From the NCBI GenBank assembly GCA_046349475.1, contig JAXMCG010000021.1, forward strand, positions 40 through 64,039: a stretch of DNA of 64,000 bases, in the 5' to 3' direction. The DNA is from Caulobacteraceae bacterium (GTDB taxonomy: Bacteria; Pseudomonadota; Alphaproteobacteria; Caulobacterales; Caulobacteraceae). The notes beneath the pieces were generated by a model. The model worked only from the letters and a program-made list of their open reading frames with translations. It did not search any database and was not told the DNA's origin. Positions 47,695-57,518 of this stretch are shown one piece after another; within the stretch, counting starts at the first letter, position 1, and every line of letters starts with the position of its first letter. The translations under genes were made by a program, and so were the position numbers.

Positions 47695-48672
47695 ATGCCG
47701 CGTGACATGGCAGAACACAGCGCCGCCCCCCTGGCGCCGCCGGGCCTCTCCTATGCCACCGACATCGATCCCGGCATCCGCCGTCTGGCGCAGGGCTACA
47801 AACATCCGGATGGGGCGCCGGTGACGGACAAGGCGACGCTCGAGCGCATCGCCCGCCTGGTCATTCCGCCGGCCTGGACAGAGGTCTGGATCTCGCCCGA
47901 CCCGCACGGCCACCTGCAGGCGACGGGCCGGGACGCCAAGGGCCGCAAACAGTACCGTTATCACGACGACTGGCGGCGGTTTCGCGATGAACACAAGTAC
48001 GGCCGCCTGCTAGAGTTCGGCCGCGCCCTCCCCCGCCTGCGCCGGCGCGTCGAGGAAGATCTCGCCCTGCCGGGCCTGCCCCGGGAGAAGGTGCTTGCCG
48101 CCGTGGTGCGGCTGCTGGAGCTCACCCTGATCCGCGTCGGCAACGACGAGTACGCCAAGGCAAATAAGAGCTTCGGCCTCACCACCCTGCGCAAGCGGCA
48201 CGTCACCTTGAAGAGCGCCGGGGCGGTCTTTGAATTCCGGGGCAAGAGCGGGGTCTCGCACAAGACCGGCTTCCAGGACCGCCGCCTCGCCCGGCTCCTT
48301 AGCCGCTGCCAGGACCTGCCCGGCCAGCGCCTCTTCCAATATGTCGACAGTGAGGGGCGCCGCCATCCGGTCGAATCCGCCGACGTCAACGCCTACATCC
48401 GCCAGACCATCGGCGAGCATTTCAGCGCCAAGGACTTCCGCACCTGGGCCGGCACCCTCCTGGCGGCGCGGGCCCGGACCCTGGAGCCGTCCAACCTGAA
48501 GGCCTGCGTCAAGGCCGTCGCCGGCATGCTGGGCAACACCCCGGCCGTCTGCCGCGCCTGCTACATCCATCCCCTCGTGCTGGAGATCGAGGACCTCCCA
48601 GTGGCCCTCGCCAAGGAGGGCCGGCCGGCGGAGTTGGCCCTTATCAAGCTGCTGGAAAGCGCCGCTTCCTAG
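47695..48672 (+). CDS. DNA topoisomerase IB (poxvirus/eukaryote-like type)
   Basis: GRDAKGRKQYRYHDDW..FRDEHKY, LTTLRKRHV, F.F.GKSG, FSAKDFRTWAGT and the catalytic-Tyr context CRACYIHP. Confidence 0.88.
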   Translation: MPRDMAEHSAAPLAPPGLSYATDIDPGIRRLAQGYKHPDGAPVTDKATLERIARLVIPPAWTEVWISPDPHGHLQATGRDAKGRKQYRYHDDWRRFRDEHKYGRLLEFGRALPRLRRRVEEDLALPGLPREKVLAAVVRLLELTLIRVGNDEYAKANKSFGLTTLRKRHVTLKSAGAVFEFRGKSGVSHKTGFQDRRLARLLSRCQDLPGQRLFQYVDSEGRRHPVESADVNAYIRQTIGEHFSAKDFRTWAGTLLAARARTLEPSNLKACVKAVAGMLGNTPAVCRACYIHPLVLEIEDLPVALAKEGRPAELALIKLLESAAS

Positions 48673-48734
48673 ATCGCCGATTGCCGCGATCGCGGGTTCA
48701 GGCGCATCCTGAACTTGTATCGGGGCAGGATGCT

Positions 48735-49148
48735 ATGCGCACATTCTTGGGTATCGCTTTCGCAAGCGTGGTGGCCGCCTTGATCAGCCCATGGCTCCAC
48801 GGTGTCGCTCTGGCCCTCATCGAACCTGAGCCATTTTCTCTTGCATCCTTGGCGATAGATGCGATTGCCAGCCTGCTGCAGACGGCCTCCTACTTGCTAT
48901 TCTTCGGCCTCTCATGGCTCATCCTGAAGACGACAGGGCGACTGTCCTGGTGGATGCTCGGCGTGTTGGAAGGCCTCTTGCGCTGTGCGGTGCTCGGACT
49001 GGCCGCGACTTTGTTTCAGCAACATCTGATCGAAGCGTTCCGAAACGTAGGTCTGCGCATCCCACTCATGATGGTCCTGCCCCTTCGCGACATGATCACA
49101 TTCAACATGTACGTCGTTAGTCTGACGCAGTCGCCCCCGCCCTACTGA
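48735..49148 (+). pseudogene. polytopic membrane protein gene truncated by IS insertion (5' part)
   Basis: The reading frame runs straight into the IS left end, and its TGA stop (49146-49148) is the first 3 nt of the IS inverted repeat. GC is lower than the surroundings. Confidence 0.7.
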
Positions 49149-50407
49149 CCTGCCCCCTTCCTGATCCCTCGGTTTGAGTGAGAGTCCGTCACAGCAAGGA
49201 GACGGACGTGAAGAAGAGCAGGTTCAACGAGGCGCAGATCATCGGCGTGCTGCGCGAGCAGGGAGGCCGGAAGCCCGACGGCGGAGGTGTGTCGTCGGCA
49301 CGGTATCAGCGAGCAGACCTTCTATCGGTGGAAGGCGAAGTACAGCGGCATGAGCGTGTCGGATGCGCAGAAGCTAAAGACGCTGGAGGATGAGAACTGG
49401 CGGCTGAAGAAGCTGTTGGCGGAGTCGATGCTGGACGTCTCGGCCCTGAAGGATCTCCTGGGAAAAAACTGATCGGCCCGGCGGCGCTGGGAGGCCGTGC
49501 TCCGCTTAATGGCGGAGCGCGGCTTCTCACAGCGGCGTGCCTGCGGGCTGGTCCGGGTCGATCCGAAGACCGTGCGCCGCACGCCTGAACCTGGCGATGC
49601 GGACGTGCGTGAGCGGCTGCGGGGCCCGGCGGCGGAACGACGCCGCTTCGGTTACCGGCGGCTGGGCATCCTGTTGCAACGTGAGGGCATGCGCATGAAC
49701 AAGAAGAAGCTCTTCCGGCTCACTATGAGGAAGGCCTGGCGGTGCGCCGGCGGAGGGGCCGCAAGCGGGCGACAGGCACGCGGGTTACCGATGGCGCTGC
49801 CGGACGGCCCGAACCGGCGCTGGAGCCTGACTTCGTGGCCGACACCCTGGAGTTGGGGCCGGCGCTTCCGGATCCTGTGCATCGTCGACGACTACACCCG
49901 CGAGGCCCTGGCGCTGGTCGTGGACACCTCGATCGGCGGCCATCGCATGGCTCGCGAGCTGGACGTCCTGATCGCCCGGCGGGGCATGAAGCGCCTGCGA
50001 CCATCGTCAGCGACAACGGCACGGAGATGATCAGCCGGGCCATGCTGGAATGGACCAACCGCACCGGCGTCGACCGGGTACTACATCGCGCCCGGCAAGC
50101 CGCAGCAAAACGGCTTCGTCGAAAGCTTCAACGGCAAGCTTCGCGACGAGTGCCTGAACGAGGAGGTCTTCAGGAACCTGGCCGAGGCCCGCGCCGTCAT
50201 TGAGCGCTGGCGGCTCGACTACAACCATGTGAGACCGCATTCGGCGCACGGTGGACTGACGCCCGAAGCGGTGCGTCTGAACCCCGCGGCCGGACGGCTG
50301 CGCAACTTGATCAGCTCCACCGCCCGGCCGCTACCGCCAGCGTCGAAGACAAGCTACCAACCCAAAGGACTCTCACAATGATCGAGGGACCAGAGGGGGG
50401 CAGGTCA
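49146..50407 (+). mobile_element. IS3-family (IS407-group-like) insertion sequence, 1262 bp, transposase decayed
   Basis: Imperfect ~40-bp terminal IRs: TGACCTGCCCCC...GAGAGTCC at the left and its reverse complement ending at 50407. It is flanked by a 4-bp direct repeat, CTAC at 49142-49145 and 50408-50411. Confidence 0.9.
49208..50381 (+). pseudogene. IS3/IS407-type OrfA-OrfB transposase with multiple frameshifts
   Basis: OrfA-like (V)KKSRFNEAQIIGVLREQ then shifts frame to CRRHGISEQTFYRWKAKY...LLGKN. A slippery GGAAAAAAC is present. OrfB (DDE) pieces are spread over all three frames ([21 protein letters not shown] / [19 protein letters not shown] / [20 protein letters not shown]...[15 protein letters not shown]). 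Confidence 0.88.
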
Positions 50408-50411
50408 CTAC

Positions 50412-50513
50412 CGGGACAGTGCCGCAATCGGCATCCTCACGTTTGTCCTTGCTGCGCTCTTGTCTGGATTGGCTGGCGGATTCGTATTTCGCCTTGCGAC
50501 AGGACGACGGTAG
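50412..50513 (+). pseudogene. 3' remnant of the IS-interrupted membrane protein gene
   Basis: After removing the IS and one CTAC copy, the frame continues ...SPPPY|RDSAAIGILTFVLAALLSGLAGGFVFRLATGRR* (one more TM helix). Confidence 0.65.
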
Positions 50514-50632
50514 GGCAAGGTTCGTTTTCGAACATTCGGTACGCATTGGCTCTGGCGGCACGGTCAAACGTCTGTTTTATTGCCCCCGAATTCAGCCGCC
50601 CGGCGAGGCGGTGCATATCATTGGGGACTTCA

Positions 50633-51859
50633 ATGGCCGGCCAAAAACTCCGCTTCGGCGCTTTCATCGCGCCCTTCCATCCGATCGACGAGAACCCCAC
50701 TCTCGCCATGGATCGCGACCTGGAATTGGTCCAGCACATGGACAAGCTGGGCTATGACGAAGCCTGGATCGGCGAACACCATTCGGCCGCCTATGAGCTT
50801 ATCGCCAGCCCGGAATTGTTTATCGCCGCGGCCGCGCAGCACACCAAGCACATCAAGTTCGGCACCGGGGTCTCGTCCCTGCCCTACCACCACCCCTTCA
50901 TGCTGGCTGACCGTATCAACCAGCTGGACCACATGACCCGCGGCCGGGTGATGTTCGGCGTTGGCCCGGGCTCACTCTCCTCGGACGCCTACATGATGGG
51001 CATCCCCATCGCCAAGCAGCGCGACCGTATGGATGAGGCGCTCTCCGTGCTGATCCCCCTGCTGCGTGGGGAGCAGGTGACCTACAAGTGCGAGTGGTTC
51101 GAGTTGAATGGCGCCCAACTGCAGATGACGCCCTATTCGCGGCCCAGCGTGGAGATTGCCGTCGCCAGCCAAGTTTCCCCCACAGGGGCCCGGGCCGCCG
51201 GGACGAATGGCATCAGTCTCCTGTCCCTCGGCGCCTCATCGAACGCCGGCTTCAACGCCCTGCAATCCAACTGGGCCATCGCCGAGCAGATGGCGGCTGA
51301 ACATGGCAAGACCGTAGATCGAAACAATTGGCGCCTCGTCGGTCAGATGCACATCGCCGAGACCAAGGACAAGGCGATCGAGCAGATCCGCTTCGGCCTC
51401 GAAAAGTGGATCTACTACTTCCGGGAAATCGCCAACCTGCCGATGGTCGCGGACGCCGCCGCCGGGCAGGATCCGGTTGAAGCTTTCCTCGCCCAGGGCT
51501 CGGCAACGGTTGGCACGCCCGAAGACGCCAAGCGCCGCATCCAGGAGATGGTCGACACCTCCGGCGGCTTCGGCTGCTACCTGCTGATGGCCCACAACTG
51601 GGCCAATTGGGAGGACACCAAGCGCTCCTACGAGATGATCGCCCGCTACGTGATGCCAGAGTTCCAGGAGCTCAACACCGGCCGCGCAGCCTCCATGGAA
51701 TGGGTGCGTCAGAACAAGAACGACTTCACCGCGCAATCCCGCATGGCCGTTGGCGATCGCATCCGCCAGCACGCCGAAGAGAAGGGCGCGGAGAACCTCA
51801 ATCCGATGTTCGTCAAGATGATGGGCCTCGATAAAGCCAAGACCGAAGAGAACAAATAA
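50633..51859 (+). CDS. LLM-class (luciferase-like) flavin-dependent monooxygenase/oxidoreductase
   Basis: MAGQKLRFGAFIAPFHP...YDEAWIGEHHS...GTGVSSLPYHHP. The track ORF's upstream extension runs into the IS end, so the ATG at 50633 was chosen. Confidence 0.85.
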   Translation: MAGQKLRFGAFIAPFHPIDENPTLAMDRDLELVQHMDKLGYDEAWIGEHHSAAYELIASPELFIAAAAQHTKHIKFGTGVSSLPYHHPFMLADRINQLDHMTRGRVMFGVGPGSLSSDAYMMGIPIAKQRDRMDEALSVLIPLLRGEQVTYKCEWFELNGAQLQMTPYSRPSVEIAVASQVSPTGARAAGTNGISLLSLGASSNAGFNALQSNWAIAEQMAAEHGKTVDRNNWRLVGQMHIAETKDKAIEQIRFGLEKWIYYFREIANLPMVADAAAGQDPVEAFLAQGSATVGTPEDAKRRIQEMVDTSGGFGCYLLMAHNWANWEDTKRSYEMIARYVMPEFQELNTGRAASMEWVRQNKNDFTAQSRMAVGDRIRQHAEEKGAENLNPMFVKMMGLDKAKTEENK

Positions 51860-51861
51860 TC

Positions 51862-52938
51862 ATGCGCGCCGTCATTCGCCGGAACGGGAAACTGGTCGTC
51901 GATGAGATGACTCTGCCCCCGCCTGGCCAGGGGCAATTGCTCACCCGGGTCCTCGTCTGCGGCATTTGCGGGTCGGACCTGCACGCCCTGGATCACTACG
52001 ACCACATGATCGACCTCACGGCCGGCATGGGCGGGGTCTCGCAGATGCGCAAGGGCGAGGACACTGTCTTCGGCCACGAGTTCTGCTGCGAGGTTCTGGA
52101 GAACGGGCCAGGCACGGCCGGGGCATTCAAGGCGGGCGATCATGTGGTCTCGATCCCCGTCCTGATGACCGGCGGCGGCATGGAAAGCCTCGGCTATTCC
52201 TCCAACCTGCCGGGCGGCTTCGCCGAGCAAATTCTGCTGAGCGAGGCCATCGCCCTGAAGGTGCCGAACGGCCTCGCTCCGGAGATCGCCACCCTCACCG
52301 AACCCCTGGCCGTGGGCGAGCATGCCGTGGCCATGGCGACGCCGGAGAAGGATCACGTCTTCATGGTGGTGGGTCTGGGCCCGGTGGGCCTCGCCGTCAT
52401 TGCCTCTCTGAAAGCCCGGGGCTTCGGGCCCATCATCGCCACCGACTTCTCGCCCGAGCGCCGGGCGGCGGCGGAGAAGATGGGCGCCGACGTCATCGTC
52501 GATCCGAACGAGACCTCGCCCCACGCCTCCTGGAAGCAGTTCAGCGTGCCGGGCAACCGGGGCGAGGCGATGATGGCGGCCATGCAGGGCGTCGCCGTCA
52601 AACGCCCGATCATTTTCGAATGCGTCGGCGTGAAGGGCGTGGTGCAGAACCTCGCCATGGCCGCCCCAGCCGGGACCCGCATCGTCGTCGTCGGGGTCTG
52701 CATGGAGACCGACAACATCGAGCCCCTACTCTTCATCACCAAGGAGATCGAGCTGCGCTACGTCTACGGATATTCCCGGGACGAGTTCGCCGCCTCGCTG
52801 AAGAATTTGGCCGAAGGCAATACCGGCTATTCACAGATCGTGACCGGTGTGGCTACCCTAGAGGAAACGCCGGACGCCTTCGTGCGGCTTCAGACCGACA
52901 AGAGTCAGATTAAAATCCTGGTGGCGCCCGGAAAATAG
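51862..52938 (+). CDS. zinc-dependent alcohol dehydrogenase (MDR family)
   Basis: VCGICGSDLH, GHEFCCEV and Rossmann VVGLGPVGL. Confidence 0.88.
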   Translation: MRAVIRRNGKLVVDEMTLPPPGQGQLLTRVLVCGICGSDLHALDHYDHMIDLTAGMGGVSQMRKGEDTVFGHEFCCEVLENGPGTAGAFKAGDHVVSIPVLMTGGGMESLGYSSNLPGGFAEQILLSEAIALKVPNGLAPEIATLTEPLAVGEHAVAMATPEKDHVFMVVGLGPVGLAVIASLKARGFGPIIATDFSPERRAAAEKMGADVIVDPNETSPHASWKQFSVPGNRGEAMMAAMQGVAVKRPIIFECVGVKGVVQNLAMAAPAGTRIVVVGVCMETDNIEPLLFITKEIELRYVYGYSRDEFAASLKNLAEGNTGYSQIVTGVATLEETPDAFVRLQTDKSQIKILVAPGK

Positions 52939-53028
52939 TCCGGGGCGATCAGGCCAAACCAACCCGGGGCCGACGTGTGCCCAGCGTCATACCGGGAACA
53001 AAAAAACTGGGCGGGGTGGAGATATCGC

Positions 53029-55485
53029 ATGGCTCTCGAAGCCGAGGGATTCGACGCGTCCACACGCGAGCGCCTCACCAAAGCCATCGGCGTCCTGGGA
53101 ACCTCCACCGGCCACCGCCAGACCGAAACCGTCGCAACCGCCGCCCGGCAACCCCTTTGGCCGATCATCGCCAAGTCGTGGCCCTACCTGAACCGCTATA
53201 TGTCCGGGCGGTGGAAGGACCTGGTCGGAGGGCCGATCGATCCGGCTGATCGCAGGAACGGCATGTTATTCATGCCTGTCATGGTGAGTTTGCTCGCTGT
53301 CGCGCTTTGGGCGGCCGGCCACATCGCCATCGCCACGCCGACACCCACCCAGACCTTCCTCGCGTTGTTCGCCAAGCTGGTTGCGAGCGGGACGGCGCTC
53401 GCCGCCTGGGGCATCTTCGTTACGCGCCGGGTGGCACAGGTGACCCTCTCCATCCTGGCGGTGATCCTCTCCCTGTTGACCCTCGTCGCCGGCGGAATGC
53501 TGGCGCCCTATTCCGGCGACGCCCGCCTGCTGGCGCTCGGCGTCTTCCTGTTCACAGTGCTAGGCTGGATCTTCCGGCTGCACGTGGGGGCCAAAGGGAT
53601 AACCCTGTCGGTGCGGGTCGATGGCCACATTCTATACTACTACATTCTGGCCTTCATCGCCTCGAACACCCGGCTGATCACCGGCCTCGTCACGGTTGAT
53701 CTGCTGACCAGTTCGATCCTGCTCGGCCGACCTTTGTCCGAACGCCTCGTGAAAATCTTCGGGCGGCCGGACCTCGGCCACGGCGTGGAGTTCATGGGCC
53801 AGGAATACCTCAACGCCGCGTCGCGGCATGAGCTGCTCTGGTACAATCTCGGCGTCACCTTGGTGATCTGGCTGATCCTGACCATCCCGTTCCAGGCTGG
53901 CCTCAGCTACTATTCCGTCTGGATTCACCAGCGTCTGAACCAGGACCTGCGCATGGATCTGCTGGCTCGATGGGCCCAGCTGTCACCGCGCTATCACGCC
54001 GAACACCGGGTGGGAGATTCAATCTACCGGATCATCCAGGACTCGTCCGGCATCACCAACATCATCAGCCGCCTCTATATCGGCGCCACGGCCATAACCG
54101 GTGTCCTGCAGGCCATTTTTCTACTCTGCTTCTTCGATGGTCGCTTCGTGCTGTTCGGGCTGGGCATGGCGGCGCTGATGAGCGCCTTCGCCTGGTGGTA
54201 CTCGCCGCGGCTCAAGTCTCGCGCCATCGCCGCCCGCGAGTCCAATTCCGACCTGACCTCCTCCACTCAGGAAATCGTCGGCGGTGTTCGCGTCACCAAG
54301 GCCTATCGCCAGGAAGGCCGCGAACAGGCTCGCTTCGAGACCGACAGCGTCAAGGCCTTCGATGGCGCATTCCGGGCACGGTGGCTGTTCACCGTCACCG
54401 GCGTTGTCAGCTTCTGTCTCGTCGGCTTCTTCCTGTTGCCGGCGGACTATATGAGCGCCCTCCTGGCGAACCAGCAGCAGGCCGTGGCCGGGGCGGGCGT
54501 CGTGGCCATCATTGGCCTTTCCTTCACCTCATGGAACGCCGCCGCCTATCGCTGGGTATCCGGCGAGATGGACACGGTCGCGGGGCGTATCCGGGGTATC
54601 AATTCCGAGTGGGCGTCCGCCCAGGACAACACCATGGCCCTGCGCCGCGTGTTCGAGATTCTCGAGACCGAGCCGGATATCCAGGACCCGCCGAACCCCT
54701 ATCCGATCAGCGAGTTCAAGGAAGAGATTCGCTTCGAGAACGTCTCCTTCGCCTATGAGGCCGATAGGCCCGTGCTGGACGATGTCTCCTTCACCGCCAA
54801 GCCTGGTTCGATCACGGCGATCGTCGGCCCCACCGGCTCGGGCAAGTCCACCCTGATGGCGACCCTGCTCAGGGTCTTCGATCCGGACAGAGGCCGCATC
54901 ACGATCGACGGGCGCGACCTGCGCGAGCTTTCCGTCGACCACCTGCGTGAACTTGTCTCCGTTGCCCCTCAGGAACCCCTGCTCTTCGCCACCAGTGTCA
55001 TCGACAACATCCGCTACGCCATCCCGGAGGCGAGCCCGGAGGCCGTGCGAGCCGCCGCTGAGGTGGCCTGCGCCCATGACTTTGTTGAGGGCCTGCCGAA
55101 GGGTTACGAGACGGCTCTTGGCGACCGGGGCGCCGGCCTCTCACCAGGCCAGAAACAGAGGCTTTGCATCGCCCGCGCCATCGTGAAGGACGCGCCGATC
55201 GTCATCCTCGATGAGCCCACAGCCCCTCTCGACGCCGCCACCGAGCACCAGGTGATGGATAACCTCGCCAAGTGGGGCCAGGGACGGGCGATCTTCATCA
55301 TCACCCACCGCCTCTCCACGGTACGGCGCGCCGATTCCATTCTCTTCCTGGAAGGCGGCAGGCTCACCGAGGCCGGCTCGCACAAGGATCTTATGGCCAA
55401 GGACCGTGGCCGCTACCGCGCCATGGTCGATGCTGAAACCGCCCTCGCCGAACGCGGCCGGGCCGATGCCGGAGTGATCGCATGA
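53029..55485 (+). CDS. fused ABC exporter (permease plus ATPase) with a large insertion of extra TM segments
   Basis: Walker A GPTGSGKST, signature LSPGQKQRLCIARA and Walker B IVILDEPT. About 230 extra residues with several hydrophobic helices lie between the first TMD helix region and the ...IHQRLNQDLRMDL segment. Confidence 0.88.
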   Translation: MALEAEGFDASTRERLTKAIGVLGTSTGHRQTETVATAARQPLWPIIAKSWPYLNRYMSGRWKDLVGGPIDPADRRNGMLFMPVMVSLLAVALWAAGHIAIATPTPTQTFLALFAKLVASGTALAAWGIFVTRRVAQVTLSILAVILSLLTLVAGGMLAPYSGDARLLALGVFLFTVLGWIFRLHVGAKGITLSVRVDGHILYYYILAFIASNTRLITGLVTVDLLTSSILLGRPLSERLVKIFGRPDLGHGVEFMGQEYLNAASRHELLWYNLGVTLVIWLILTIPFQAGLSYYSVWIHQRLNQDLRMDLLARWAQLSPRYHAEHRVGDSIYRIIQDSSGITNIISRLYIGATAITGVLQAIFLLCFFDGRFVLFGLGMAALMSAFAWWYSPRLKSRAIAARESNSDLTSSTQEIVGGVRVTKAYRQEGREQARFETDSVKAFDGAFRARWLFTVTGVVSFCLVGFFLLPADYMSALLANQQQAVAGAGVVAIIGLSFTSWNAAAYRWVSGEMDTVAGRIRGINSEWASAQDNTMALRRVFEILETEPDIQDPPNPYPISEFKEEIRFENVSFAYEADRPVLDDVSFTAKPGSITAIVGPTGSGKSTLMATLLRVFDPDRGRITIDGRDLRELSVDHLRELVSVAPQEPLLFATSVIDNIRYAIPEASPEAVRAAAEVACAHDFVEGLPKGYETALGDRGAGLSPGQKQRLCIARAIVKDAPIVILDEPTAPLDAATEHQVMDNLAKWGQGRAIFIITHRLSTVRRADSILFLEGGRLTEAGSHKDLMAKDRGRYRAMVDAETALAERGRADAGVIA

Positions 55486-57518
55486 CCCTCGCGGCCGACG
55501 CCCCCGAAATCTCCGCCGTCCGCGGCGCCGCCCTGAACGACAGCCACACCGGCTTCGCCGAGGTGTTCCGGGTGATCATCAGGGCCTTTCGCTACGTAGG
55601 CCCGTTCAAATGGCGGTTCTTTGGCAAGTGGTGGCTGAACGCCATCGGCCTGATACCGGTGCTCTATGTGCCCTGGCCGGGCAAACTGATGCTGGACCAG
55701 GTGGTGCAGGGCAACCCCCTGACCCCAGAAGTCGTCGCCAAGTTCCCGCCTTACCTGCAATGGGCCGTCGCGTTGCTGGTCGGAAAAAGCGCCGGCGAGA
55801 TCGCCCTGTGGGTGGTCATCGTCGGGTTCGTCACCCTCGTGGTCTTTGGACTCTTCGGCCAGGGCGCCATGTCCCAGAACACGGTCGGCGGTCGTGACCA
55901 GAGCGCTGACGCCACCACCGGCACACGCACCAATATGGGCGAGGGCTCCGACACCGCCGCCAACAGCGAGAACGCCGCCAACTACGGCTCCTCCTGGGCG
56001 TCCGGGCTCTACGGCCTCTTCGAATACCGCTTCCAGCTGCGCCTGACCCAGGCGGTGAACCACTATTTCCGCGCCGATCTTTTCCGCAAGATCAAGACCC
56101 TGCCGATGACCTCCATCGAGGACCGGCGGGGCGGCGATATGATCTACCGGGTGATGTACGACACCCCGATGATCACGGGGCTGGTCTACGACATCCTGCT
56201 TACGCCCTTCGCGCTCGGCACCTTCGGGATGCTGCTCTACGTGATGAATTTCTCCTATGGCGACGCGCCGGAAGTGGTCTGGCTGGCCGTGGCCATGGTG
56301 CCGGTGGGCTTCATCCTCACCGCGCCTTTCTCCGCCTTCGTGCGCCGCCGCAGCGCCGCCTCGCGCATGGCCGGGGCGGTGACCACCCACACGATCGAGG
56401 AGAACCTCTCCAACGTCTTCGCCGTGCAGTCTCTCGGGGGCTACAAGCGCGAATTGAAGCGGTTCGAGTTGGCCAGCCTGGAGAGCTTCCGGCGCTTTCG
56501 CGGCACCGTTTTCGCCGGCATCGTCATCACCGTGGCCGCAGGCCTGGGCACGCTCGCCATGAGCCAGGTCTTCACCTTCATCGTTGCCGGCAAGATCATC
56601 GATGGCCAGTACACCCTTGGCGACTACGGGGTGATGTTCTTCAATTACCTCTACATGTCCGGCTCGATGGCCGTGCTCTCGCAGCTTTGGATTCGCATCC
56701 AGGACAATGTCGTCGGCGTGCGTCGCGTCTTCGCCCTGATGGATTTGGCCGCCGAGACCGACAAGGGAACCCAAACTCTCGCCCCCGTCACCCAAGGTGT
56801 GAAAGCCCAGAGCGTCAGCCTCGTCTACCCGGATGGCCGCAAGGCGTTGGAAGGCGTCGACTTCGAGGCAAAGGTCGGTGAGATCACAGCCATCGTCGGC
56901 CCCACAGGGGCGGGCAAGACCAGCCTCGCCTACCTGATCCCGCGTTTCCACGTCGCCACGGAAGGCGCGGTCACGGTCGATGGGGTCAACGTCAACGATC
57001 TGACCCTTAAGAGCCTTCGCGACCAGGTGACCTACGTCTTCCAGGACACCCAATTGTTCTCGGGCACGGTGATCGACAACATCCGTTATGGCGCGCCCGG
57101 CGCTTCGATCGAAGACGTGGAGCGCGCGGCGAGGGTCTCTGGCGTCGACCAGTTCATCAAGAGCCTGCCGGAGGGCTATGAGACCGAGCTCGGCGCCCGG
57201 GGCGCCAAGCTTTCCGTCGGCCAGCGTCAGCGGATCGCCATCGCCCGGGGCCTGATCTGCGCCTCAACGGTGCTGATCCTCGATGAGCCGACCAGCGCCC
57301 TCGACCCGGAAACCGAGACCTATCTCGTGGACGCACTGCACGAGGCGGCCAAGGGCAAGGCGGTGATCATCATCGCGCACCGGCTCTCGACCATCGCCCA
57401 TGCCGACAAGGTCGTGTTCCTGCAGGACGGCAAGGTGCTGGAGAGCGGGCGGCCCAGCGACCTGGTGACGACACCGGGCTCAGCCTACGGGGCCTTCGTG
57501 AGACTGCAGACGCACTAG
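55482..57518 (+). CDS. fused ABC exporter (permease plus ATPase), partner subunit
   Basis: Walker A GPTGAGKTS, signature LSVGQRQRIAIARG and Walker B VLILDEPTS. ATGA overlap with the preceding ABC gene. Polar ~60-aa loop insertion after TM1. Confidence 0.9.
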   Translation: MTLAADAPEISAVRGAALNDSHTGFAEVFRVIIRAFRYVGPFKWRFFGKWWLNAIGLIPVLYVPWPGKLMLDQVVQGNPLTPEVVAKFPPYLQWAVALLVGKSAGEIALWVVIVGFVTLVVFGLFGQGAMSQNTVGGRDQSADATTGTRTNMGEGSDTAANSENAANYGSSWASGLYGLFEYRFQLRLTQAVNHYFRADLFRKIKTLPMTSIEDRRGGDMIYRVMYDTPMITGLVYDILLTPFALGTFGMLLYVMNFSYGDAPEVVWLAVAMVPVGFILTAPFSAFVRRRSAASRMAGAVTTHTIEENLSNVFAVQSLGGYKRELKRFELASLESFRRFRGTVFAGIVITVAAGLGTLAMSQVFTFIVAGKIIDGQYTLGDYGVMFFNYLYMSGSMAVLSQLWIRIQDNVVGVRRVFALMDLAAETDKGTQTLAPVTQGVKAQSVSLVYPDGRKALEGVDFEAKVGEITAIVGPTGAGKTSLAYLIPRFHVATEGAVTVDGVNVNDLTLKSLRDQVTYVFQDTQLFSGTVIDNIRYGAPGASIEDVERAARVSGVDQFIKSLPEGYETELGARGAKLSVGQRQRIAIARGLICASTVLILDEPTSALDPETETYLVDALHEAAKGKAVIIIAHRLSTIAHADKVVFLQDGKVLESGRPSDLVTTPGSAYGAFVRLQTH

